A DNA stretch of 64,000 bases, taken from assembly GCA_951406725.2 (NCBI GenBank), contig OX597826.1:62558001-62622000 (forward strand), given 5' to 3'. This document shows, piece by piece, positions 1 through 10,939 of this stretch. The position numbers were made by a program, and so were the translations under genes. Positions within the stretch are counted from its first letter, which is position 1, and every line of letters starts with the position of its first letter. The notes below the pieces were generated by a model, which was given only the letters and a program-made list of their open reading frames with translations, searched no databases and was not told where the DNA came from. The DNA comes from Octopus vulgaris. Its lineage: Eukaryota.

Positions 1-84
1 TATTTAAAAGCAGCAGAAAATTCAACAAAAGTGGTATTTGAGTACTCTTTTTACCACCTTGTTTCACATTTATGTGTTTACTCC

Positions 85-86
<2 letters not shown>
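1..86. mobile_element. Fragment of a (TA)n-associated Penelope-like LTR family (same family as 15001-15156), internally inverted
   Basis: 1-26 matches 15076-15099 in the same orientation (AAGCAGCAGAAAATTCAAC). 33-86 is the reverse complement of 15001-15054. Abuts (TA)n. Confidence 0.6.
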
Positions 87-131
<45 letters not shown>

Positions 132-145
132 GTACATGCATACAT

Positions 146-346
146 ACTACCTAAATACCAATCTTGAGAAATTAGGTTTCTCAGCAACAGAAAGGAGGGA
201 GATGATTCGAAGCCTACAGATCCAGTCCATCACTAGAACTGTAAAAATCTGTGAAACTTTCCAAAAGTTTATCATTTAAGTATATATAATCATGCCTAGA
301 TATGCAAGTATATGCATGAGAATACATACATAAACTAAAACATACA

Positions 347-380
<34 letters not shown>

Positions 381-565
381 CATATATACATACATACATA
401 CAAATAAATATACCCTGTTGCTGATGTTGAAATCTCAATGAAGGAGCCGTGGATCTACGTAAGAAACCGACTCTCTATTGGCAAGAAATCTTTTTATAAA
501 ACTGAACTATGACTTATATACAAAAATACCCTGTTGATGCTGTTGAAATTCCAATGATGACATAT
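146..565 (+). mobile_element. 3' end of an R4/Dong-like non-LTR retrotransposon associated with (TACA)n
   Basis: Reading YYLNTNLEKLGF...SITRTVKICETFQKFII* resembles the C-terminal 'GT.KI.R..L' end of RLE-type LINEs. Preceded by TACATGCATACATAC and followed by (TACA)n. A 3'UTR segment ATACCCTGTTG..TGTTGAAAT..CAATGA occurs twice (~410 and ~526). Confidence 0.55.
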
Positions 566-1569
566 ACGATTTTATTGTTATTTCTAGCAGCTCAAATTGC
601 CAGGTGCAGACTTCTCTGATGGTTGTAGAGATCGATAGTATTGTAATTATGTTTAGATAGTAATTTCATCAATCACATGACCAATTAATTCAGCTATTAT
701 TAACTGATATTTATTAATTGTTCTTCGCTGCTATAAGTGTGTTCTTTCTATCAACTAAAATCTTTCAATTGTTACGCTATATCATTCTGCGGGGTCAACA
801 AAGCATTATTGGATTTAAATAGAATCAGTCTCCTGGTAAATTAGATGAATATATCAATTCAATTTATCATTTCTTTTGAAATAAGTTTCCATGAAATACA
901 AGAACAGTTTCAAAAGTACAACAGAAATGTTTACTAATGAATATAATTTTTTGATCGCCAAACTACATTCCTGTAGGTTGGACTGAGCAGAACTTCAATA
1001 TTTCGAATTAAAGCTATACCAGAACAATCCCGTCTCGGTCTAAACATCTATTATATGTTATGTTTGTCGTCAAATATCCACTACACCTTGTCTTATGTTT
1101 TACATTTTACTTGTTTCAGATGTTGGACATCGACAATGCAGTGGGGCATCCGCCTTCAAAGGCGATCCAGTACTTATTTTTAATTAAGATAGTTATTTTA
1201 TCGGTATTATTTGAGGGATCTTTCAATTACGATGACGTAAAGAGGGCAAGTAAGAGGAAGCACTAAGAAACAGAGACACAAGCATCGAAAAACACAAACG
1301 CGTACATATAGACATGCATATATACATACACTCATGTACATATAAATATATGTTTTTATGAGCTTGATATTATATCTATAATTACTGTTTCCTCTCGAGA
1401 GATCTTGAATAACATTTGAGCCTTGAAATATGATTGAAGAGCTGAGAGCTGATCACATATACTACAGCAATGTCTTATTTCAGCATCAGTATTGGCTCCA
1501 TCTGCCACGTCTTTTCTTCATATGACAGACATTGCATCGAACTAGTCTTAGTTAGATAGATAGATAGAC

Positions 1570-1626
<57 letters not shown>

Positions 1627-1658
1627 TATAGATAGATAGATAGATAGTCATAAATATA

Positions 1659-1718
<60 letters not shown>

Positions 1719-1724
1719 ACAGAG

Positions 1725-2142
1725 AAGTTTTTCATGGCGATACCACCTCAGAGGCCTACGCAAAGTCGCGGAAAGTGTATGAAGAGAAGTGTATGAGTAT
1801 CACATAAGTGTACGAGTTGTTTCAGACATTTCTAAAATGGCCGAAAAAATGTCGATAATGATGAAAGTTCTGAGAGACCCACAACCAGCAGAACTGAAAA
1901 AAATCATTGCAGATATGCGTGCTGCTGTGAGGGGAATCATCGAATCACCATCCTTGAGTTATCAGAGGATGTGCAGATTAATTAAGGTTCAGTTCAGTCC
2001 ATTATCACAGAAATTTGGGTATGAGACGTGTGTCTGCCAAGTTTGTGCCAAAACTGCTTTGAGCTGACCAAAATGACACTCGGGCTTCAGTTGCACAAGA
2101 TCTCCTTGGCTGTATTGAGAACGATGAACACTTTTTTAAACT
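1725..2142 (+). pseudogene. mariner transposase N-terminal fragment (HTH region), disrupted
   Basis: Translation across frameshifts gives ..VYELFQTF..GRKNVDNDESSERPTTSRTEK..HRITILELSEDV..SVQSIITE.LGMRRVSAKFVPKLL.ADQ..R.., i.e. a WVP(K/H)-like linker and DD.RSGRP motif. Contains stops and frameshifts. Confidence 0.85.
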
Positions 2143-2566
2143 TATAAACAAGGGCAAAAGAAAAAAAAATTCTCTTGCCAAATATGCCGAAACTAGACAT
2201 ATCGTCCATAACCATATAATTCATCACTGAGAGTTTTCAGTTCGAATCGCACGTGTCTCGAATGGGCTGCAGAATTTCTATTTTGGATATATTTGAGGTA
2301 CTTAATTGTGCTCATGACTTAGTGTTTGCTTATTCCATGGGTATAGGTAAGTATTTCAGTTATTTCTTTGCCGCTGACGAAGAGAAGGTTCTTATGAATT
2401 AACTATGAAATCGGGTCCGATATGGTAATAACGGAATTATTTAGAAATTTATGTCGGCTTTCTTCGAGAGGCGTGCTTATAGTGATGAATTATACGGTTA
2501 TGGACGATGTGTCTAGTTTCTGCATATTTGGCATTAGAATTTTTGTCTTTTGCCCTTATTTATAAG
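2141..2566 (+). mobile_element. Fold-back element with ~90-bp inverted arms and a central hammerhead motif (Penelope-like pLTR)
   Basis: 2141-2228 is an imperfect reverse complement of 2481-2566. The spacer contains CTGACGA...GAAATCGGGTCCGATA. Confidence 0.65.
2368..2428 (+). ncRNA. Type I hammerhead ribozyme motif
   Basis: Stem I TTGCCG/TGGTAA; core CTGACGA (2374-2380); imperfect stem II; GAAA (2407-2410); stem III TCGG-GT-CCGA; cleavage triplet ATA. Confidence 0.6.
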
Positions 2567-2635
2567 TTGTTTATAAATTTAACCTTTAAAGGTATTGTTT
2601 AATATGTTGGCCATTTATATATATATATATATATA

Positions 2636-3017
2636 CTAGCAGTATCGCCCGGCATTGCTCAGGTTTGTAAGGGAAATAACTATAAAGCATTTTTAGAGAG
2701 TTATAGCCAAAAAATAGCAAAAAAATGGAAAAAAATGATGGTAAATTTTTTTAAAGTTAAAAAAGGTGGAGTTGCGTCCCCTAGACAGTTTGCGGTTTGT
2801 GTTTCTGATTCTCGACCCCATGTCGAATTTATCGATTTTTTTCAGAACTGGGGGAACTTTTCAAAATTTTCGCTGCGTTAGTTTTGAATTATGACATTGG
2901 GCTATGTGTGTGTCAAGTTTCATCAGAATCGGTTGAAAGCCGTGGTCAGGGTGAGGGTACAAGCAAACAGACACACAGAAACACACACAGACAAACTGCC
3001 GTTTATATAGAGAGAGA
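2636..3017 (-). mobile_element. Non-autonomous Helitron
   Basis: On the minus strand it starts TC(TCTCTCTATATAAAC) after an A and ends with a GC hairpin (CCTG-AGCAATGC-CGGG) then CGATACTG-CTAG followed by T. Shares its 3' ~110 bp with 57154-57555. Confidence 0.75.
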
Positions 3018-3834
3018 TATATACAACAGGTATCCATACAGCTTCTGACTGTCGAGGTATTGGCTTGTCCAAAGTTCCAGAAGACATTCGCTTAAGGTAC
3101 CGTCCTATGGGGACAGATCCCAAAACGTCGTGTTAGCCAAGCAAGCTTCTTAAATCTCAGCAATGCCTGACACTCTATGATAAACATGAAAGCTATACAT
3201 CCCCAATTAACAACAGACACACACTCCTACACGCACCATAATCATACACTTAGACACACGCATACAGTATTATAATCTTATACGCAACAGAGCGTTAATT
3301 TGAAAATCTATGATAAATTGAAAATAATTATACACGCTATATTGTGCATAAATATTTATTAATAACTTAATTAAGCCACCGAGAAATGCCGGATATGCAA
3401 ATTAGTCTACCTATTAGTGCTAAGTTCTAATTTCATATGAAGATATAAAGCGGTTCGTTTGATATTTCTTCGTAGGCAGACCGATACGTACTTGTTTTCT
3501 GTTGAATGGTCAACAAATTCGTATATAAAACAAAAAATGTATTCAAACTAGCCGAATGTTCCACATCGACGGGCTTATCTCTCTCTCTCTCTCTCTCTCA
3601 CTCTGCCAATACACACACACACATATATATAGTGATATATATATTGATGCATAAATGACAAAATAATAGGAGTTGCGTAATATATTCATTGTTCAGATGT
3701 TTGTATATGTTTATATATAAAGCCGGTAAAATAAAGGACAGGTCAAGCATTGGGGTTGATGGAATTTTCTAATCACTTCCTGTTATAATATTGACTTCTG
3801 CATATTATTACACACAGAAAATGCCATATATTAA

Positions 3835-3977
3835 GGCGGTGAGCTGGCAGAAACTTTAGCACGCTGGGCGAAATGATTAGCAGTATTTCGTCTGTCTTTA
3901 CGTCTTGAGTTCAAATTCCGCCGAGGTTGACTTTGCCTTTCATCCTTTCGGGATCGATAAATTAAGTACTAGTTGCG
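3835..3977 (+). mobile_element. tRNA-derived SINE family A, 3'-truncated
   Basis: Head GGCGGTGAGCTGGCAGAA with B-box GAGTTCAAATT and central GCCTTTCATCCTTTCGGGATCGATAAATTAAGTAC. Many copies in the window. Confidence 0.85.
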
Positions 3978-3979
3978 TA

Positions 3980-4074
3980 CTTAATGACGAACGTTCTGGG
4001 AGACACACAACCAGCAGAACTGAGAAAAACATTGTAGATGTACGTGCTGCTATGAGGGGAAATCATCGAATTAT
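3980..4074 (+). pseudogene. Short mariner transposase fragment paralogous to 1857-1947
   Basis: LNDERSGRHTTSRTEKNIVDVRAAMRGNHRI; nucleotide match to the 1.9-kb copy. Confidence 0.75.
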
Positions 4075-4791
4075 GGTGACGCTGGCCGCATGTGACGGAG
4101 TATTTCCTGTTGGAACACGTAGCTATGGTGACGCGCGAAGAAGGGTGCGATGTGAGGTCTTAGGAAGTTACTGCTGCGGTGTAATGCCATTCCCTCTGCC
4201 TGCACCAACATTTTGGAACTCATGGGGCGCAATTCTCTGATTCATGCCTATCGCAGCCCAAACCATGCTTTGGCCACCCCACACGTCTCTCTCCATGACA
4301 CATGCGTCTCTCTAGCATTTACCCCTCCTACGCCACACCTTCAATCTGCCATCCGAGGTGGAAACGCAGTACCGGCTCTCGTAAGAGAAGACTATCGACC
4401 TCCATTGTTGATGCCGCCAATGTCGTTGCTGTCTGGATCATTTTAATCGTACTTGACGTTAATGGGTGGTGAGGACAGGCCCTCGAGCAGGACGAGGGCA
4501 ACGCAAGTTGTTGGCAGCCAGTCGACGTCCTACCCTGTCGTCGCTGATGAGTCGCTGTTCAATGCTAATTGTCTCGCAAGCCCTGCTGTGGCCGGTCTGA
4601 AGCGATCACGGAGGTATTGCAGGTGGATGAAGCGGTCCTTCCTGCACGTGGTCACCCGGGGTCACGCGGTCTGCAATGCTGTTGGTGGTGTTGTATTGTT
4701 GTTATTTACACTCACATGCCCGAAATAAATCTTCAGAATTTACCATATAAAAATGACATTTGAAAATTCGCGTTTCTTTTGCGGTTCAGTG
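4075..4791 (-). mobile_element. Tc1-family DNA transposon remnant: one TIR plus transposase pseudogene
   Basis: Minus-strand translation: RPRVTT..KDRFIHLQYLRDRFRPA..RRLAANNLRCPRPARGPVLT..WRSIVFS(Y)ESRYCV..DGRLKVWRR..GGQSMVWAAI..GNTPSHAA (degenerate FSDES and DNAP.H catalytic motifs). Terminus TA|CACTGAACCGCAAAAGAAACGC at 4793-4770. Confidence 0.88.
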
Positions 4792-5634
4792 TATATTAAT
4801 TATTAGCGAATTCTGATATTCTAAAGATGAGAAAATATGATATGAGGGAAAACTGGCTGCTCTGTCTGTCAAAGTAAGAATATTCTGTCAAAATAAGAAT
4901 ATGTAGTAGCTTTTAGTAGAGGTTATACAGTCAGATAATTATAAAATCGTAACCCTTCCAACGTGTACTGAACTCACACCGTGTTACGAGCTTCATAAAT
5001 GATTACCTCTAGTTTCATCACATACAAGAACATGTTATTTTACCGGTTCGATTCAAAGCTGAAAACTGTTGAAAAACATAGCAATTACTTGACTGGAAAT
5101 TTAAAACAAACATAGCACATTTCTTTAGTATTAAACTAATTTGATTTCGATAGAGAAGTGGTGCAAATATTGTATGTATTGATTTCTGAACGTTTACCCA
5201 GGGGAATGGTAAATCTTCTGATAAATAGTTTACGAGCAAATGATGGCTTACTTTGGAACGAAAGCGTGGAGAGAAAGGGGGATTAAAGGAGTAATAATAT
5301 TAGGATGATAAATGATTCTTTTGTGTACAATGCTACAGGATAAAATGATCCATTTATGTACACATAAAATGCTGAAAACATGCCTACAATCAGAGAAATT
5401 ACACACATTTATAGATACGTATTAACAGGTGAGGGCCAACACATATAAACCTATGCATCTATTTCACACGAAATATACAGATTCATGCATGCATTGTTGA
5501 CACACAAGAAATGAGTGCGAACTGGTGAATAGGAATTCACACATATATACAAATATATATATATATATATAATGCATATATATATATGTGTGTGTGTATA
5601 CGCTCGCGCATATATTTGTATGTATGTATATATG

Positions 5635-5696
<62 letters not shown>

Positions 5697-5766
5697 TGTT
5701 CTTTCATTCTTTATAAACAGAGACAGAGAGAAACAAAGAGATTCTGACCAATGGACAGAGAGCGAC

Positions 5767-5962
<196 letters not shown>

Positions 5963-7438
5963 ACAGAATCATCCAGACAGTTTATGAAAGAGGAAAATAC
6001 AGCTTCAAGCTAAGCACCTCTTGTAAGTTACAGATATACGCATAGTCAATGTCACACTCATAGATACATAGACACCACACGTACGTAAACACAGACAGAG
6101 TAAAAGATTTGCTCTGTATTCCATTATGCTTGTAGATGGTTTTTGTATCATTTATGTATAACAGTTTATCCATTAAACACTATACTTAATCAATATTCAT
6201 AACACAGAGATTTTTCTCATAATCATTGAGTTCTCCTGTTATGCTAGATAACGCTCTAATACAGCAATCATTATCAGCTGCCGAGTGAGGGGCTACGAAT
6301 TAGTGTGGAAACCTCATGTGATATGATACAATTTTTGTTTCATCATGTGAAACTTGTATAAGTGCAAATTGAGAGATGAGACTATGGAAAAAACGTGTTT
6401 CATGTAACTTGTTCCATTTTCGTTCACCACGTATTTGGTTCGGATCATACGTTAAGAACTGTTCTCTTTACAATACGTAAAATACAAGGTGTCCGTTAAG
6501 TCATCAAACGTTGAATTCAATATTCTGAAGCAAATGCTTCATATCTATTATCTTTTTCTAGTTTCAGTCGCTGGACTGCAGCGATACAGGAGCACGTTCT
6601 TTTGTTTATTTAGTTGCAGACATCTACATTTTTTGTATTCCTTGAACTTATTCTATCGTTTTATTTCTCCAAAAGTTTAGTTTAAGGTGAAATAAGGAAG
6701 CCAATATCGAATGTTAAGCAGAGGAGGGCATAAACATTGACACAAAGATAGCTCGAAACGGAGTCAGTCTCACTATCTTGTTACCTGCTAGAGGGTGGTA
6801 GAGGTTCGCTCCCCAACCTAACAATATATATTGTATATAAAGAGTACAGAGCCACACTGATATCCAGCTGGTGGGGAACTGGCCCGGGGTTAAGCCAGTA
6901 ATAACAGCCATATTGATGTGGCGACTGATTTTTACATCTTAGTATAGTATACTTCTTAGTATAGTATAGTGACTACTCTGATCTCTTCTTGAGATTTTAC
7001 AACTTGCTATTTTGCTTCTTGCAAATCAGTGACCGAAAGTAGCTTTGATAACAATATATTGTTGGCTGAATCGGACTCTGGCTATCGCTCTGGCGGACAG
7101 GTGCTCGCGACTACAGGTGAGACAAATAGCTCGAAATTAAGTAATTCTCGCGATACTGTTACCTGCTGGACGGTTTGTTCCCCCTTCTAACAATATATAT
7201 GGCACATAAAGGGTGAAGAGTCAAACCGATAAGCAGCTGAATGAGAATCTGCAACATGGAACAGCCACTTCCATCTGGCGGGACTGCTTTTTTTCTCGGG
7301 ATAGGCCTTTGCACCTGAAAAAATACAGTTTTTGAAAGACTTTCTGCATTGTTAGAAGCTTTCTTCCTTTTCTTTTTCATATATGTGCGTGTGTGTGGGG
7401 GTCCTCTTAAAGGATAGCAACATTAGAATGGCCATAAG

Positions 7439-7475
<37 letters not shown>

Positions 7476-7479
7476 ACAG

Positions 7480-7513
<34 letters not shown>

Positions 7514-7667
7514 TACGGAGATGTACTCGCATAGCAAGTGATTTGATCTGGGATCGTGTGCTGGAACGAAAACAATTGCAGCGTGGAAGGTGTTTGTAAG
7601 CCATTTAAGAAACACACAAAAGCCGGCTTTTGTGTGTTTCTTAAATGGCTTACAAACACCTTCCACG

Positions 7668-7669
<2 letters not shown>
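7514..7669. mobile_element. Short (TA)n-embedded element with a perfect 90-bp palindrome; family of 26643-26836
   Basis: 7580-7669 is a spacerless palindrome centred on AGCC|GGCT. 7515-7620 aligns to 26644-26750. Confidence 0.8.
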
Positions 7670-7729
<60 letters not shown>

Positions 7730-8488
7730 TTATACATATATATTTCGCATACATATGTGCTACATTTGTCCCAGAATTAACAGATTATACGATAACTAGG
7801 AAGAAACAGTAACGTGAAGGCATTTGATAAAGGAATAAAATAGCTATGGAATATGAGTCTCGAATAGGAATGTAATTCTGCACGAAATTGAGTTAAGAGT
7901 CACCATATTCACATACCTGTATATTTAGTCGTAATGGCACATTTTGGAAGTAATGTTTCCGGACGTAAGGTTTACGAAATTCTGTATTGGTATGTGTGAA
8001 ATCATTTTCTATGACATTAGTGAGTGAACGCTACAGTTTTAACGAGCAATATATTGCAATTAAAAGATAGTGGTGACATTATGGTCAATTTTAGTGTGTA
8101 GTAAGTAATATATAAACGGAACTGTCTTTTGTTAGCCCTATAACAATACATATAATAAATGCTATTTACAAGATATTGTTCATCCATTAAACAAACGAAG
8201 CAAATTACGTCTAAAAACAAATTTTAATGAGCAATCTTCAAAGTAATGATAGAAAGCGACAGAGAAGCCGGACGTAAATTTGCCTTACAACTAATCGCCG
8301 ACGCGGATAATTGCTTCCGGAATTCCATAGGCTGTTCTCTTACTAGTGCTGTATCAACACTGTATGTCGCTAATATGTCTACCGGTTACTGCTATTTAGA
8401 TGTTAATTTCGGGTATGTAACAATGTAACATTGAGTAACAGGAAATCAGGTAGCTCAATTAATTAATATGATAATTCATTAGTTACTC

Positions 8489-8593
<105 letters not shown>

Positions 8594-8603
8594 AAGAAGA
8601 AGA

Positions 8604-8936
8604 TCAGCGTGTGACTGGTACTTAATTTATCGACCCCCGAAAGGATGAAAGGCAAAGTCGATCATGGCGCATTTGGATTCAAAACATGAAGACAGACGAA
8701 ATACCTATTTCTTTACTACCCACAAGGAGCTAAACACAGAGAGGACAAACAAGGACAGACAGACGGATTAAGTCGATTACATCAACCCCATTGCGTAACT
8801 GGTACCTAATTTATCGACACCGAAAGAATGAAAGGCAAAGTCGACCTCGGCGGAATTTGAACTAAGAACGTAGCCGCAGGTGAAATACCGCTGAGCATTT
8901 CGCCCGGCGTGCTAACGTTTCTGCCAGCTCGCCGCC
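8604..8936 (-). mobile_element. SINE family A full copy (8706-8936) joined to an older partial copy (8604-8705)
   Basis: Complete head, body and tail ending GGGTAGTAAAGAAATA, immediately followed by GGTATTTCGTCTG (internal SINE sequence). Flanked by (TAA)n and (GAA)n. Confidence 0.9.
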
Positions 8937-9026
<90 letters not shown>

Positions 9027-9038
9027 TTAATAAAAATG

Positions 9039-9104
<66 letters not shown>

Positions 9105-9803
9105 ACGATAACAGTTTCAATTTTTGGCACAAGGCCAGGAATTTTGATAGGAGACAATCGATTTCACCTCTTTCCTGTGCTTCATTTTTTTTTTTTTTGG
9201 TTATCGATATCTTCGAAAGGAAGAAGTTACAGTTGAAGTCGGCAGGACTTGAACCCAGAATGTGATGAACCAGGTGAAATATCACATAGTATTTTTTTTT
9301 CCCGACGTTTCACTAAATTTACTGGTACAAAAACTGCGTGCGCAATTTATATTTGGGTTTAGTGTGATGAAAATCACACGTTTTCCTTCTTTCAATTTAC
9401 AATTCATCTCATGGGAATTAACACACCATGCTAATCTTATTATTATCACACGTCAGTTAATACGTCATACTGTATAGTAATAAATAATGATGTTGCAAGT
9501 TTTAGGTGTATAAATGACGAGTAAGGGAAAAATATATCCGCTGGAAAACCATTCTTGTAATATACAGGAAGAGGGACACTTAACAGAATGGTAATTCTTT
9601 GTAAAAGTGAGAGAGAAATTTGTTACAAGAATCAAGATTGAAGACGTACGTGCTTTTGCAATCAAAGATATATACAAGCATAGGTAATAGTCATATATAC
9701 ATTACTAGAAAAATACATGCATACATATGTATATGTATGCGTGTATTGTTGTGTCTGTGTATGTATTTGTGTATGTGTCTGTGTGTGTATTTGTGTATTT
9801 TAA

Positions 9804-10034
9804 GGCGGCGAGCTGGCAGAAACGTTAGCACGCCGGGCGAAATGCTTAGCAGTATTTCGTCTGCCGTTACGTTCTGAGTTCAAATTCCGCTGAGGCCGAC
9901 TTTGCCTTTCATCCCTCCGGGGTCAATAAATTAAGTACCAGTTACGCACTGGGGTCGATATAATCGTCTTAATCCGTTTGTCCGTCTTTGTTTGTTGCCT
10001 CTGTGTTTAGCCCCTTGTGGGCAGTAAAGAAATA
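9804..10034 (+). mobile_element. SINE family A, full length
   Basis: GGCGGCGAGCTGGCAGAAACG...GGGCAGTAAAGAAATA. Possible TSD TATTTGTGTAT on both sides. Confidence 0.92.
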
Positions 10035-10581
10035 TATTTGTGTATGTATGTGTGCATGTCTGTGTGTGTGTATGTAAACGCATACTCAAAAGCCTCAGCT
10101 TGACCGGTGTCTTTTTAGTATACACACATACACACACACACATATATAACTCTCCTATCTTACTCTTTTCCTCTCTTTCTTCCCCTTCCTGTTTCCATTT
10201 TGACCCATCTCCTCATTCTAATCATGCACATCTCTCCCTCCACCATCTATTTAGAAATACTACCAACACATTCTCAAATTTTTCATTCACACCACAAGAC
10301 ATTTTCGAATGAGCAACACAGACTCCACGGCTCCATACTTCGAAATCACTAAACATGAACTACTATTGGAACCTACACACTATGTACAGGAAACTATTTT
10401 ACCGCTTCTATACACCACTTTCCTCGAATAATGGTACTGAAACTACAACATCTTTATATATTTTATATTTTATTTCTACTTCCATTCTCTCATTTCCCTC
10501 TATATTCCCTGTCTCCTCCTTTTCCATTATAATTCCTTATTTCCAACTCAAATACTTACCTCTATTTAACCATCTTATATT

Positions 10582-10629
10582 GTCTCTAATGAAAGGATAT
10601 CCATAATATCCCAGAAATAGCTGTAAGAC
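10582..10629 (+). ncRNA. Minimal type I hammerhead motif (degenerate core)
   Basis: Stem I GTCT/AGAC; CTAATGA; stem II GGATAT/ATATCC; GAAA-T-AGCT-GTA (palindromic AGCT loop). Directly followed by (TA)n. Confidence 0.6.
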
Positions 10630-10694
<65 letters not shown>

Positions 10695-10695
<1 letters not shown>

Positions 10696-10896
10696 CTGAC
10701 CGCTCGTGTACCGTTGGCGATTTTTTCCCCTCTGTCTTCCCTTCTCTGGATCTTTCCTTCTATGTTTCCGATGAAGAGCTCCGCTCGAAATGTTAAACCG
10801 TCCTTCTTTCCTTCTTTCCTGAGCGTCCAATAATACTATATTTGTTCCACGTCCTCGCTTTGTTGTGTTTTTTTTTGTGCTTTCATGTTTGGATTA

Positions 10897-10900
<4 letters not shown>
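10695..10900 (+). mobile_element. Solo Penelope-like LTR inside (TA)n, with a minimal hammerhead at 10764-10798
   Basis: GTTT-CCGATGA-A-GAGC(tcc)GCTC-GAAA-TGTT-AAAC. (TA)n on both sides. Related to 40165-40342. Confidence 0.65.

Positions 10901-10939
<39 letters not shown>

Noticed and set aside
430-482. Hammerhead-like words CAATGAAGGAGCC..GAAACCG (also ~30393, ~39517, ~52616, ~54033)
   Set aside because: The core and stems could not all be paired, so these are not counted as ribozymes.
7514-7737. Identical peptides in plus and minus ORFs suggesting duplicated genes
   Set aside because: An artefact of the perfect palindrome.
8255-8330. CpG-containing stretch with ETS-like CTTCCGG as a promoter
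   Set aside because: The motifs are too short and no downstream exon was identified.
9804-9890. tRNA genes at SINE heads (also 31665, 43773, 58441)
   Set aside because: A/B boxes are present but there is no complete cloverleaf, and they continue into multi-copy SINE bodies.
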